The notes: generated by a model from the letters alone, not told the origin. Numbered from the stretch's first letter, positions 1 through 9,873 are shown. The stretch: DNA of 64,000 nucleotides from Candidatus Poribacteria bacterium (GCA_965218095.1 OZ244587.1:3712001-3776000); one strand, 5' to 3'. Numbers and translations are program-made.

Positions 1-437
1 GTTGCCTGCCATCCAAAGGGAACAATCTCCACAGGCAGGGGGAAATTTGAGCCTAGGACTTCAACCAATTTACTTTCATCAGCGATGATGATCAGGTGTT
101 TGGAGGCGTGGGCGGTGATCTTTTCCCGTACCAATGCTCCGCCCCTGCCTTTGATGAGGTCGAGGTCAGGATTGACTTCATCGGCGCCGTCGATAGTTAG
201 ATCAACCATGGGATGCTCACCTAGCGTTGAGAGTTGTATGCCTTGCTCTGCTGCGATTTTTTCCGTCTGTTTCGAGGTTGGAATGCCGATGATATCGAGT
301 CCGCTCCGTGCCATTTCGCCGAGCTTTAGCAGCGCATAATAGGTCGTTGAACCTGTACCAAGTCCGACGATCATTCCGGATTGCACTTCCTCGACAGCGT
401 GCTCTGCAGCGAGTTGTTTCAGTTTTTCCTGATCCAT
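1..437 (-). CDS. rpiA: Ribose-5-phosphate isomerase A (3' end lies outside the window)
   Basis: Manual translation from ATG 437 gives MDQEKLKQLAAEHAVEEVQSGMIVGLGTGST...DLTIDGADEVNPDLDLIKGRGGALVREK, with the RpiA motifs GLGTGST, DGADE and KGxGGALxREK. RBS AGGAGA upstream. Confidence 0.95.
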   Translation of the reverse strand, partial: MDQEKLKQLAAEHAVEEVQSGMIVGLGTGSTTYYALLKLGEMARSGLDIIGIPTSKQTEKIAAEQGIQLSTLGEHPMVDLTIDGADEVNPDLDLIKGRGGALVREKITAHASKHLIIIADESKLVEVLGSNFPLPVEIVPFGWQA

Positions 438-694
438 GTTTTCTCCTGAGAAACGGAATGTAGACGTTATCTTGCTCTCAAGGTAGCCTGAAGCAAGTCT
501 TCCATCCAGAAGCGATTGGAGGGGTGTTGGGAGGACGTCAATCGTAACCCCACGGCTTCATAGAATACAAGTTTCGGTGCCGCCGAACTCCTATTGCCTA
601 GTTTAGCACAGAACGAAGCTGGTTTCAAGTGTGAAATTTGCCGTTGATTTCTCAATTGAACTTTGGCGTCGGCTTACCTTCGAGGAGCAGCACG

Positions 695-1885
695 ATGAAT
701 TTTTCAAGATCGACAATATCTTCCTTTACAATTCCGCCAACGGTTATCACCGGCGTTGGCGCATCGGAGCAGGTTGGCGAACAAGCCCAACGATTGGGAG
801 CGCGTAAAGCGTTGGTTGTCACCGATCCGGAGATCGCCAAACTCGGTTACGCGGATGAGATTGCGCAGCGGCTTAACATCGCGGGGATTGATACTTCGCT
901 TTTCACAGGGGTGACGCCGGATCCAACGCTAGAGAATGTAAACGATGGCTTGCAACAGTACCACGACGGTGCGTGTGAGCTTATCGTCAGCATCGGCGGC
1001 GGTAGCGCAATCGACTGCGGGAAGGGAATCGCCGTGAAATTGACGAATGATGGGGAACTTTCGGATTACATGGGGGTTGACAACATCCCCAATCCGGGTG
1101 CGTTACTGATCGCGATTCCCACCACCGCAGGCACGGGTAGTGAGTGTACGAAAGTCACCGTAATCACCGATACCGAGCACAACGTGAAGATGATGCTCAG
1201 TAGTCCGTATTTGCTGGCACAGGTCGCACTCATTGATCCACTGCTGTCGTTGACAACACCACCACGCCTGACTGCCGCGGTTGGCGTTGACGCTTTGACC
1301 CACGCCATTGAAGCTTACATCTCCAAACGCGCTCAGCCGATTACCGATGCGTTGGCGCTGCGAGCCATCCGCATGATGTCCGGTTCGTTGCGTCAAGCGT
1401 GGGCAGATGGCGAGAACATTGAGGCGCGGACACAGATGATGCTTGGGGCATCCATCGCCGGGATGGCATTCAGCAATTCTTCCGTCGCATTGGTGCACGG
1501 GATGTCCCGTCCAATTGGGGCTTACTTCCACATTCATCACGGGTTATCAAACGCTGTTTTGTTGCTTGATATTATGGAGTTTAGCGTCGTCGGATCGCCT
1601 GCCCGCTTCGCCGACATTGCAAGTGCGATGGGGGAACCGATCGAAGGCTTATCGGCAATGCGCCAGGCAGATCGCGCGGTTACTGCGGTTGAACGATTGA
1701 TTAACGATATTCAGATGCCGCGCCTGGGGGAGATCGGTATTGATCGGGACAAATTTGAAGCAGTTGTTGAACAGATGGCATCGGATGCTATTGCCAGCGG
1801 GAGCCCCGCCAACAATCCACGTCAGGCAACGCATGAAGAAATTATCGCGTTGTACCGGAAGTGCTTCGCGGAACGTGAAACGTGA
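695..1885 (+). CDS. Iron-containing alcohol dehydrogenase
   Basis: GGGSAIDCGK, PTTAGTGSE, DALTHAIEAY and HGxS...HG metal-ligand motifs. ATG at 695 follows GAGGAG. Confidence 0.93.
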   Translation: MNFSRSTISSFTIPPTVITGVGASEQVGEQAQRLGARKALVVTDPEIAKLGYADEIAQRLNIAGIDTSLFTGVTPDPTLENVNDGLQQYHDGACELIVSIGGGSAIDCGKGIAVKLTNDGELSDYMGVDNIPNPGALLIAIPTTAGTGSECTKVTVITDTEHNVKMMLSSPYLLAQVALIDPLLSLTTPPRLTAAVGVDALTHAIEAYISKRAQPITDALALRAIRMMSGSLRQAWADGENIEARTQMMLGASIAGMAFSNSSVALVHGMSRPIGAYFHIHHGLSNAVLLLDIMEFSVVGSPARFADIASAMGEPIEGLSAMRQADRAVTAVERLINDIQMPRLGEIGIDRDKFEAVVEQMASDAIASGSPANNPRQATHEEIIALYRKCFAERET

Positions 1886-2073
1886 TGTGTAAAGCGTATG
1901 AAAACTGCAGATCAGGAACCTGGGAGGCGTTGGTTAAGTCGCGCGCGAAATTAGTGCTGTTACAGAGAATCAAACCAAGCGGCAAACAGGAGTCATCGCT
2001 GCCCTTGCACTTGTCAATTTGTACGTTTCCGAATTCGATACAGTTGCAAAGGTGAAGGCAGATCTAAGAAGGC

Positions 2074-2400
2074 GTGTTCCTCGTGGATGCCCGTGATCGC
2101 TTTCACCCACACATTGCGGTACATGAGCTAGAAGCATGGATTTTTGCGGACGATCAAGCGTTGTTTAACTGGCTTGGACACCGCGTCGGACCGTTTCCAA
2201 ACACGGAGGCCATCAACATACAAAATCCACCAGCCAAACAACTCAGGGATTTGACACGTCATTATGCTCGTCATAAAGTCGCCCAAAAGCGACTCATGTC
2301 ACAAAGGCTATTTGCACAAATTGATGTCGAAAAGGTCTATTCAAAATGTCCACATTTCAAGGGCTTTGTCGATAACCTACAACAAACAGCCAGGAGGTAA
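2074..2400 (+). pseudogene. DUF4276-family protein, C-terminal remnant
   Basis: HELEAWIFAD...PPAKQL...CPHFKGFV pattern. There is no intact N-terminal half and no partner AAA ATPase. Confidence 0.6.
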
Positions 2401-2402
2401 CT

Positions 2403-4031
2403 ATGGCATTTCCATCACACGGCATTACCCATCGTCCAACCGTGACTGGCACGCGCGGCATGGTTTCCAGTGCACACCCTCTCGCAAGTTTGGCGGGTGC
2501 GCGCATCTTACTTCAGGGCGGCAGCGCTTTTGATGCGGTGGTTGCTGTCGCGTCCACCCTCAACGTTGCCGAACCGTATATGTCAGGCATCGCGGGCTGC
2601 GGTTACATGTTGATTTATAACGCAAAAGAAGAGGCGATCCACGTCCTCGACTACATGGGGACAAGTCCATACCAGGCGACGCTCGACGCTTTTTCAGAGC
2701 CGGGGTCAAGTGGGGTCGGCATCCGATCAGGCATGGTACCCGGCGCTTGCGGCGGTTGGATGGCGCTCCTCGACCGATATGGGAGCATGGATCGCGCGGA
2801 TATTTTTACGCCCGCAATCGAACTTGCGGAGAATGGCTACGCGGTAACAGCTAAAAACGCTCAGTTCATGGAAGGTGCGGCGTCCCGCTTCTCGCCAACG
2901 GGGGCGAAGATCATCATGTCCCGCGGACGAACGCCGCGCCCGGGCGAAATCTTAGTTCAGAAAGAACTTGCCCAGACCTTCCGAAAAGTGGTTGAAGGCG
3001 GCGCGGAGGTCTTTTATCGCGGTGAAATCGCGCAGGAGGTAGATCGGTTTTTCCACGAAAACGACGGCTTAATCACGGCGAAAGACCTTGAGGATTTTCA
3101 GGTGGAATGGCACACGCCTATCTCGACGACCTTCAAGGGGTATGAGATCTTCTGTCCGCCGCCGCCGTGTTCAGGATTTCAGTATCTAGAGACATTCAAT
3201 ATCTTAGAAAATGATCCCCTCGGCGATATCGGGCATAACTCGGCGCAATATCTCCACCTGCTGATCGAAGCGATTAAACTTGCAAGTGCAGACCGTGCGG
3301 AGTATACATGCGCATCAAATCCGCCAATCACCGGACTGCTCTCCAAAGGCTACGCCGCCGCCCAACGCAAACGAATCGGCTACTGTGCGGCGGTGGGCGG
3401 CGGGGAGCGTTACACGAAAGATAAGTTGCTTGGCGAGGTGCTCCCGGGCGATCCAAGCGAATGGATCAACGAATGCACAACTCACTTCGATGTCGTTGAC
3501 GGTGAGGGCAACGCTGTTGCGGTAACACAGAGTCTCGGATCGGGATTTGGTTCTGGGGTAGCTCTCGGCGAGACCGGGATGTTCCTCAATAACTTCATGA
3601 ACTGGTTTGATCTCTTGCCAGAAAGCCCAAACGTGATTGCTCCGCACAAAAAGATCGAGATGTGCATGTCCCCCTGCCAGGTTTGGAAAGATGGCAATCT
3701 ATTCGCGGTGATCGGGACGCCGGGAAGTCACGGCATTTTGCAAACAACCGCGCAGATGGTTTTGAACCTCATCGAGCACGGCATGAATATCCAGGCTGCG
3801 ATTGAGGCGCCGCGTGTTCGAGTTGACCGTCCCGGACCCGACGTTAGCATGGAAGGACGCATTCCCGCCGAGGTTAGGAACGAGCTTACTGCGCGGGGTC
3901 ACGATGTCCATGTAATGCCCGACTGGACGGCTGGGGTGGGGGGCGGTCAAGGCATTGCCGTCGATCAAGGGGAAGGTTCCCTCATGGGCGGCGCCGATCC
4001 GCGTCGTGACGGATACTCGATCGGCATCTGA
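2403..4031 (+). CDS. ggt: Gamma-glutamyltransferase family (Ntn hydrolase)
   Basis: GMVSSAHPLAS, nucleophile Thr in TTHFDVVD, FGSG, LNN, GTPG, and C-terminal GGADPRRDG. RBS AGGAGG. Confidence 0.92.
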   Translation: MAFPSHGITHRPTVTGTRGMVSSAHPLASLAGARILLQGGSAFDAVVAVASTLNVAEPYMSGIAGCGYMLIYNAKEEAIHVLDYMGTSPYQATLDAFSEPGSSGVGIRSGMVPGACGGWMALLDRYGSMDRADIFTPAIELAENGYAVTAKNAQFMEGAASRFSPTGAKIIMSRGRTPRPGEILVQKELAQTFRKVVEGGAEVFYRGEIAQEVDRFFHENDGLITAKDLEDFQVEWHTPISTTFKGYEIFCPPPPCSGFQYLETFNILENDPLGDIGHNSAQYLHLLIEAIKLASADRAEYTCASNPPITGLLSKGYAAAQRKRIGYCAAVGGGERYTKDKLLGEVLPGDPSEWINECTTHFDVVDGEGNAVAVTQSLGSGFGSGVALGETGMFLNNFMNWFDLLPESPNVIAPHKKIEMCMSPCQVWKDGNLFAVIGTPGSHGILQTTAQMVLNLIEHGMNIQAAIEAPRVRVDRPGPDVSMEGRIPAEVRNELTARGHDVHVMPDWTAGVGGGQGIAVDQGEGSLMGGADPRRDGYSIGI

Positions 4032-4067
4032 ATCCGGGGCTTCGCAATGGAGATGAGTTCAGGAATT

Positions 4068-4848
4068 GTGCGCCACGCAACGTAGGAATGCCAGTTGAAC
4101 TGGCTAGGACTACGGGGATGTCTTATACGTACTTGACTTAGGTATGTCCGGGTTAGGAAACGAAGAGCTGAAACACCGAAAGGCGGTGCCAAACATAGCA
4201 TATCGAGAAAAGGTGATTGAGGCGAAAATCGTTCAACGCTAGACGATCATCAACGTAAGATGGTCATGGTTAAGGCTTGATTACTTAAATCCTAGTCCTC
4301 AAGGCGGTAGAACTCACGGTAGCGTGGGAACGGTTGAAACGCTATCCCAGAAAATGATGAGGGATTGAACCCCTCTCTTATCACTCCGCTTTTCTGGCTT
4401 GCCCGTGATGAGTGGGATAAAAGGGACGAACGAGAAACCTAACCCCATCAGTTTTTTTTGAATCAACGAAAGCGTGGGATTGCCTAAGTTGGTTTTTTTT
4501 AGACTGATATGGTAACAGAGGCGTCGTGGCACCCAAAGTTTGGTCTGTAATGGACAAAGCAGTTGGTTTAATCCAACCTTTCCTGAAGGAATAAACCCAA
4601 GATAACGCGGGCGAACCCCCTCAGGAGAAGGGGGAAGGACGCTAGTCCAAACAAGGTAAAATAAGTCGGCGATGAACTGCCGAGCAGTTCGCTTGAGCCC
4701 AAAAGAGCCACTTTGTTTCGGAGTGAGAGCCATGTGCTCAGAAATGTAGCTCGCACGGTTCGGTGGGGAGGCAACGGTACCCCTCATCACCTCCATTCAT
4801 AATCATAATTATGAGTGGAGTTATAAGGGATCACGTGCTTTACCCAAT
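4068..4848 (+). ncRNA. Group II intron ribozyme, ORF-less (~781 nt)
   Basis: 5' GTGCG at 4068. Domain V GAGCCATGTGCTCA-GAAA-TGTAGCTCGCACGGTTC (4727-4761) carries the AGC triad. Domain VI pairs GGGGAGGCA with TGCTTT-A-CCC, with bulged A at 4842 and a 3' end AAT. Domain IV is very short and has no RT ORF. Confidence 0.85.
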
Positions 4849-4932
4849 CATTGGTTCACTGCACTTCCGAACTCCTGAACTCGTAAACCCTCTTCGCAGA
4901 TTGGGAGGATAGGGCCGCACGGAGATACTCCG

Positions 4933-5445
4933 ATGAACAAGACGATAATTGGTGTCATGGGTGGCGGACAAGCCAGTGAACAGGATATGGAGGTCGCTTA
5001 TCGATTGGGCGGTCTCATTGCAAAGGAAGGTTGGGTGCTCTTAAATGGTGGGCGTCAGGCAGGCATCATGGAAGCATCGGCAAAAGGCGCTAAAGATCAG
5101 GGTGGATTGACGGTTGGCATTTTGCCTGATAAAAATCCCGGCAGCGCTTCACGGTATATCGACATTCAAATTCTCACGGGCATGGGCGATGCGAGAAACT
5201 GTATCAATGTTCTGTCCAGCGACGTCGTAATCGCTTGTCCTGGGAAAGCAGGAACGCTTTCAGAGATTGCCCTGGCATTGAGGAGCCGTCGGAAGGTGAT
5301 TCTGCTGAATTTTGATGTCGGTAAGGCATTCGATACATATCTGAAAGAAAGCCTGCTTTTCAAGGTCAAGAGCCCTGAAGAGGCAATAGCTAAAGTCAAA
5401 CAAGTGCTGCGATCCGAGGTCAACACGACGCTCCGAAATTCTTGA
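4933..5445 (+). CDS. TIGR00725/LOG-family Rossmann-fold protein
   Basis: IGVMGG, LNGGxxGIMEA, TVGILP, GMGDARN and GTLSEIALA motifs. Confidence 0.88.
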   Translation: MNKTIIGVMGGGQASEQDMEVAYRLGGLIAKEGWVLLNGGRQAGIMEASAKGAKDQGGLTVGILPDKNPGSASRYIDIQILTGMGDARNCINVLSSDVVIACPGKAGTLSEIALALRSRRKVILLNFDVGKAFDTYLKESLLFKVKSPEEAIAKVKQVLRSEVNTTLRNS

Positions 5446-5452
5446 GTGTCTG

Positions 5453-5510
5453 TTACGCATCACGTTTTACGCAATACGCAATACGCATTACGTTGTGCGT
5501 TTTACGCATC
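5453..5510 (+). repeat. 7-bp periodic repeat (TTACGCA/TCACGTT type)
   Basis: ttacgcatcacgttttacgcaatacgcaatacgcattacg. Related copies at ~17231-17260 (minus), 59761 and 62821. Confidence 0.75.
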
Positions 5511-5519
5511 ATCAACAAA

Positions 5520-6620
5520 ATGTCCAAAGGAAACATTACACTCGAAGCGGTTACAAAGCGTTTCGGCGATACCGTTGCTGTTGACAGCGTGTCGCTCCAG
5601 ATCCAAAGTGGTGAATTCTTTTCACTGCTGGGACCGAGCGGATGTGGGAAGACAACCACGCTGCGGATGGTCGGTGGTTTTGAATATCCAACTTCAGGAG
5701 AGATCTACGTTAGCGATCAACCGATGGGACGGACGCCACCTTTCCACCGCGATGTCAATACTGTATTCCAGAGTTATGCTCTGTTTCCTCATAAAACGGT
5801 CGCCCAAAATATCGCCTTTGGGCTTCAGATGAAAAAGCTTCCGAAAAAAGAGATCGCTGATCAGGTCGATCAATTTTTGGACATGGTTCGCTTATCGGGG
5901 TATGGACACCGGAAACCCAACGCACTATCCGGTGGTGAGAAGCAGCGCGTCGCGCTCGCCCGTGCGCTAATCAACCACCCATCGATCTTATTGCTCGACG
6001 AGCCCCTCGCGGCGCTTGACCTGAAGCTGCGGAAACAGATGCAGCTTGAACTTAAAGCCCTGCAACGTGAGGTTGGGATCACCTTTGTCTATGTCACGCA
6101 TGATCAGGGTGAAGCGTTGGCATTGTCGGATCGGATTGCTGTCATGAACATCGGAAAAATCCTTCAGGTCGGCACGCCTGCTGAAATCTACGACCAGCCA
6201 AACAACCGTTTCGTGGCAGACTTCATCGGAACATCGAATTTCTTCGTGGGAACGTTAGTCAAGGTCGGCGGTGAGTGGGCGGAAGTTCAATCAGACCTCG
6301 ATCCACAGGTCCGATTCGTCGGACGGTATAACGGAGCCCCCGATTTCATCGTGGGCGATGCTATCACCGTTGCGATTCGCCCGGAGCGGATTATGCTTAC
6401 TGGCAAGTTTGATGGAGAAGATGTCAACCAGATCAACGGGCGCATCCAGGATGAAATGTACCTTGGCACGACGATCCAATATACCGTCCTGGCCTTTGAT
6501 CACATTCCCGTAATTGTTCACCAACAGAACAGAGGACTGGGAAACACGGATCGGATACAGCGTGGCGATGTGGTTTACATGAAATGGCTCCCCGAAAATG
6601 CAACCGTCTTGAGAGGTTGA
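5520..6620 (+). CDS. potA: Polyamine ABC transporter ATP-binding subunit
   Basis: Walker A GPSGCGKTT, VNTVFQSYALFPH, LSGGEKQRVALARAL, LLDEPLAALDLKLRKQMQ, and a C-terminal TOBE-like region. Confidence 0.88.
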   Translation: MSKGNITLEAVTKRFGDTVAVDSVSLQIQSGEFFSLLGPSGCGKTTTLRMVGGFEYPTSGEIYVSDQPMGRTPPFHRDVNTVFQSYALFPHKTVAQNIAFGLQMKKLPKKEIADQVDQFLDMVRLSGYGHRKPNALSGGEKQRVALARALINHPSILLLDEPLAALDLKLRKQMQLELKALQREVGITFVYVTHDQGEALALSDRIAVMNIGKILQVGTPAEIYDQPNNRFVADFIGTSNFFVGTLVKVGGEWAEVQSDLDPQVRFVGRYNGAPDFIVGDAITVAIRPERIMLTGKFDGEDVNQINGRIQDEMYLGTTIQYTVLAFDHIPVIVHQQNRGLGNTDRIQRGDVVYMKWLPENATVLRG

Positions 6621-6629
6621 ACCATATTA

Positions 6630-6748
6630 TAAGTAATTTTCAAAAAGAAAGTAATGGTTTGTAGTGAGGCGATTTATCGCCGGCCCAAACGCGCAATGAA
6701 TTGCGCTACTACAAACGGAATGTATAGTTTAATACTGAAAATTACTTA
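6630..6748. mobile_element. MITE-like element with 13-bp perfect inverted ends and an internal REP-type double hairpin
   Basis: TAAGTAATTTTCA ... TGAAAATTACTTA enclosing GTTTGTAGT-GAGGCGATTTATCGCC...GCGCAATGAATTGCGC-TACTACAAAC. Confidence 0.65.
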
Positions 6749-6861
6749 ACCTTTGGCTGCTAGTTTTAAAATGCCAAGCCAAGCATGACGGGCATAAAGC
6801 CCTAAACTACGATTCATCCTCTCGTAGCGTAGCTCCTTGTGGGCGTTGAGTTTGGTACGAA

Positions 6862-6971
6862 CTAGTGCAGCGTGGCGGAAGTCCTTTACCAGTTAGAAAC
6901 CGAGTTTTTGCCAAAAACTCGGTTTCTCCTCACTGACCAACCGGTTAATGATTTCTGCCGACGTGTCCTAG
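6862..6971. mobile_element. MITE-like element with CTAG ends carrying a perfect palindrome
   Basis: CTAGTGCAGCGTGGCGGAAGTC ... GATTTCTGCCGACGTGTCCTAG imperfect inverted ends. Internal palindrome AGAAACCGAGTTTTT-GCC-AAAAACTCGGTTTCT at 6895-6927. Confidence 0.6.
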
Positions 6972-7790
6972 GTTCTGTTGACATTTGAGTATAAGGTTGT
7001 GGCATAATAGAAGAATGATGCCAATAACCTTACCCGATGACCAATGGAAAAAGATATACTCGTTTCTTCTAACTTGTCCCACCATCTATGTTGGCAACGA
7101 AGCGACAACACGCCGCTTTATCGAAGCGGTTCTCTAGGCGACCCGTAGCGGTGCTCAATGGCGGATTCTGCCAGACACCTATGGTAAATCGAACACCCTC
7201 TATAAGCGTTTTGCTCGGTGGTGCGACAAAGGGGGCTTCACACAGATCCACCACCACTTCGCCGCCGACCCCGATATCGAGTCGCTTATTGTGGACAGTA
7301 CAATCATTCGAGCGCACCCGTGTGCGGCGGGCGCCTTAAAAAAAAGGGTGGCACTGAAAACCAAGCGTTAGGCTGCTCTCGCGGGGGATTCAGTACAAAA
7401 ATTCACATCACAGTTGACGGCCTGGGTAATCCCCTAAGAATACATCTGACGCCCGGTCAAAGAAACGACATAGCGGAAGCAGAAGGGTTGATACTTGGAT
7501 ATAAAAGTGAGTATGTGATTGGAGACAAGGGATATGACTCCGACAATTTTATCGCGGTTATTGAGGCGAATGGAGCGATTGCGGTGATACCGCCCAAAAG
7601 TCATCGTGTGGATCAAAGAGATTACAACAAACATCTGTACAAAGAGAGACATCGGGTTGAATGTTTCATTAACAAGATAAAATGGTATCGCCGCATCTTC
7701 TCTCGGTTCGAGAAGTTATCTATCTGTTATTTTGGATTTCTCAGCTTTGTCTCCACTCTTATATGGCTCCCTTGAAATGTCAACAGAACC
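6971..7790 (+). mobile_element. IS5-family (IS427-like) insertion sequence; transposase inactivated
   Basis: 16-bp TIRs GGTTCTGTTGACATTT / AAATGTCAACAGAACC with TA duplication in CTAG. orfA from 7015 has an in-frame TAG at 7135 where W is expected, then an A8 slippery site at ~7339. orfB has GFSTKIH, DKGYDSD and YKERHRVECFINKIK. Confidence 0.92.
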
Positions 7791-7805
7791 TAGCACCATT
7801 GGTTA

Positions 7806-9719
7806 TTAGGGAAAAAAGTGATATAACGGGGTATCGGTCAGAATCCCTAAAATGCCCCAGATGTTACCCACGATATAGTCTCCTAACGCAACGCCCAAAA
7901 AGAAAGGAACTGCACGGCGATAGGATCCAAGTCCACCATAACGCAGGAGCACCGCCTTGATTATCCAGGCGACGAAGATACAGGACCACAGATTGAACAT
8001 CCCCCAACTATCCGCCGTTACATAGCCGAGTGGGTGGAGGGGCCACCACAGGAAGCGCGTGCGCAAAAACATCAGCAGGGCAGTCAACCCAAGTCCAACT
8101 CCCATAAACCCCAGCGCTGGGGCATCGGGCTCCCGGGAATAGTTCAGCCAATTTTCAAGCTGGCTGTATGTCATACGCCCATACCACAATGAATGCGGGT
8201 GGTAGTGTCCAGATTCATGGCCATACCGGTAGAAGTGATCCAACAATAGCCAAAAGGTCATAATCGATCCGATCAACGTTGCAAGCAGAATGGCAATCGC
8301 CGTATGACGTGGGTTGATATGCCGCCTTTCCGACATTTTGAAGGCTTCCAATTGCTCCGGCATCGGATTGACCCAATAGGCGCGATTGAAAAACATGTAC
8401 ATCGAAAAGACGGCGAGGGTACTCGCACCAAGACGGTATGTGCCAAACCCGGTAACAATCATGCTGTGTGGATCGATGCCCGGACGATAACCGTGTCCGT
8501 GTACCAAAAACCCCAATTCTGCACGTAGGCGGGTGATCATTATCGCTAATAAAAAGTAAATCCCGAAAAAAATTGGAATTACCCACAAGGACATCCCAAC
8601 TCTGTAGGAAAACCCCATCAAGAGGGCCATACCAACCAGAGTGCCTGCGGCCGCAAGGCGATATGGCATCGGCTCGCGGGTGTCATCCAGTTGCGATGCG
8701 GATGTGGGAGATGTGAATAAATGACGCACTATCCCTATGAAATGAAATCTGCCGATCCAGAGGGCAAATCCCAACAGCCCGATATATACGCCGAAGCCCT
8801 GTTCAGCAGCATAAGGGAAGCGTGGAAGACTTCGCCAGCCCATCATATCACCGACCATCAGTTCAATCTTGTACAGCCAGTAAAACGCCCAGCATGAAAA
8901 CAGGAGATCTAGCGGTATCATAAAGCTGATGCCAATCACGAAAGGGTAGAAAGAGAGCCGGATTCCCCCACCTATCCCCATCCGTTTGACCGGGATGTAC
9001 GGAACAGCAGGAGCGATGGAATTGAGGAGGTTGACGGTACTTATCAGTGCGGCGACACCGAAGCCAAACCACATCAGTCTATTTTTGAAGAAACGCAGCC
9101 GGGAATTGGTCATCTCTAGCGGGAGCTGCGTGAGGGGGTAACTCAACCGCTCATGGTCGGTCCACTGAAGCCGCAATAGCGTGTTAATGCACAGCATCAC
9201 AACCATCAACACGAATATGAATGCGCTCCATGCGACGGCAGGAATGAGCCACGCCTTCAAATGACGCCCAGTGTATAGGCTTGAATCCCCTTCATAGTAA
9301 CCGATGAGGGTTTTTTCGTCTTGAACGGTAAGCCACTCTGGAAGGTGCTTCCAAAACAGTTCACGCCAGTCGTTTTCGGGGGTGGCAAACCGAAACGCAT
9401 AACTCATGATCGGCACTAAGATTTGCATCATATCCCACGAACAGAGACAGGAGACAATACACAACATGAAATAGATGGTTAGCAGTTCCTGCTGAGAAAT
9501 ACCAAGGATCGGGGAGATTTTGCGGAGTATATATCCAATCAAAAGGAGCCAAAAGACAATGAAAATGACATTCGACTGTGGGTGGATGATTGTTGGGTAG
9601 TTCGGGCGAACCACTTCAAGCTCGATGAGCCACCAGATATTGATCGGAATGAGCACAAGGGCAATCAGGAAGGATTTGAGCGTTAAACCGCTTTGAACGG
9701 TGACAGGCGTGTTTTGCAT
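7806..9719 (-). CDS. Polytopic membrane protein, DUF6785/DUF6784 (OPT-like putative transporter)
   Basis: Many TM segments. ELLTIY, ATPENDW, QWxxxERLSYPL, WWPLHPLGY and RYGGxxxYRRAVPFFLGxxLGD motifs. Confidence 0.75.
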   Translation of the reverse strand: MQNTPVTVQSGLTLKSFLIALVLIPINIWWLIELEVVRPNYPTIIHPQSNVIFIVFWLLLIGYILRKISPILGISQQELLTIYFMLCIVSCLCSWDMMQILVPIMSYAFRFATPENDWRELFWKHLPEWLTVQDEKTLIGYYEGDSSLYTGRHLKAWLIPAVAWSAFIFVLMVVMLCINTLLRLQWTDHERLSYPLTQLPLEMTNSRLRFFKNRLMWFGFGVAALISTVNLLNSIAPAVPYIPVKRMGIGGGIRLSFYPFVIGISFMIPLDLLFSCWAFYWLYKIELMVGDMMGWRSLPRFPYAAEQGFGVYIGLLGFALWIGRFHFIGIVRHLFTSPTSASQLDDTREPMPYRLAAAGTLVGMALLMGFSYRVGMSLWVIPIFFGIYFLLAIMITRLRAELGFLVHGHGYRPGIDPHSMIVTGFGTYRLGASTLAVFSMYMFFNRAYWVNPMPEQLEAFKMSERRHINPRHTAIAILLATLIGSIMTFWLLLDHFYRYGHESGHYHPHSLWYGRMTYSQLENWLNYSREPDAPALGFMGVGLGLTALLMFLRTRFLWWPLHPLGYVTADSWGMFNLWSCIFVAWIIKAVLLRYGGLGSYRRAVPFFLGVALGDYIVGNIWGILGILTDTPLYHFFP

Positions 9720-9873
9720 TAGCGTGGATGCAACGATTCAGGTACGCACTTGCCTGCGTGGAGCGTGCAAGCAGGTTCTTTAAGGAGTGTGGCGCACAAC
9801 CAATGAACTCATTGACCTATTTCCTCAATTTCCTCGATTCTCTCGTTCGCCTATTCACCTGTTCGGACAGGCG

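Noticed and set aside
4452-4500. Two T8 runs as terminators or phase-variation tracts
   Set aside because: They lie inside the predicted intron domain I, with no gene or promoter context.
4314-4796. 160-aa minus-strand ORF inside the intron as an intron-encoded protein
   Set aside because: It is antisense to the ribozyme, has no RT motifs, and spans structural domains.
7135-7137. In-frame TAG in the IS5 transposase as pyrrolysine recoding
   Set aside because: It falls where Trp is expected, so a TGG-to-TAG nonsense mutation is simpler.
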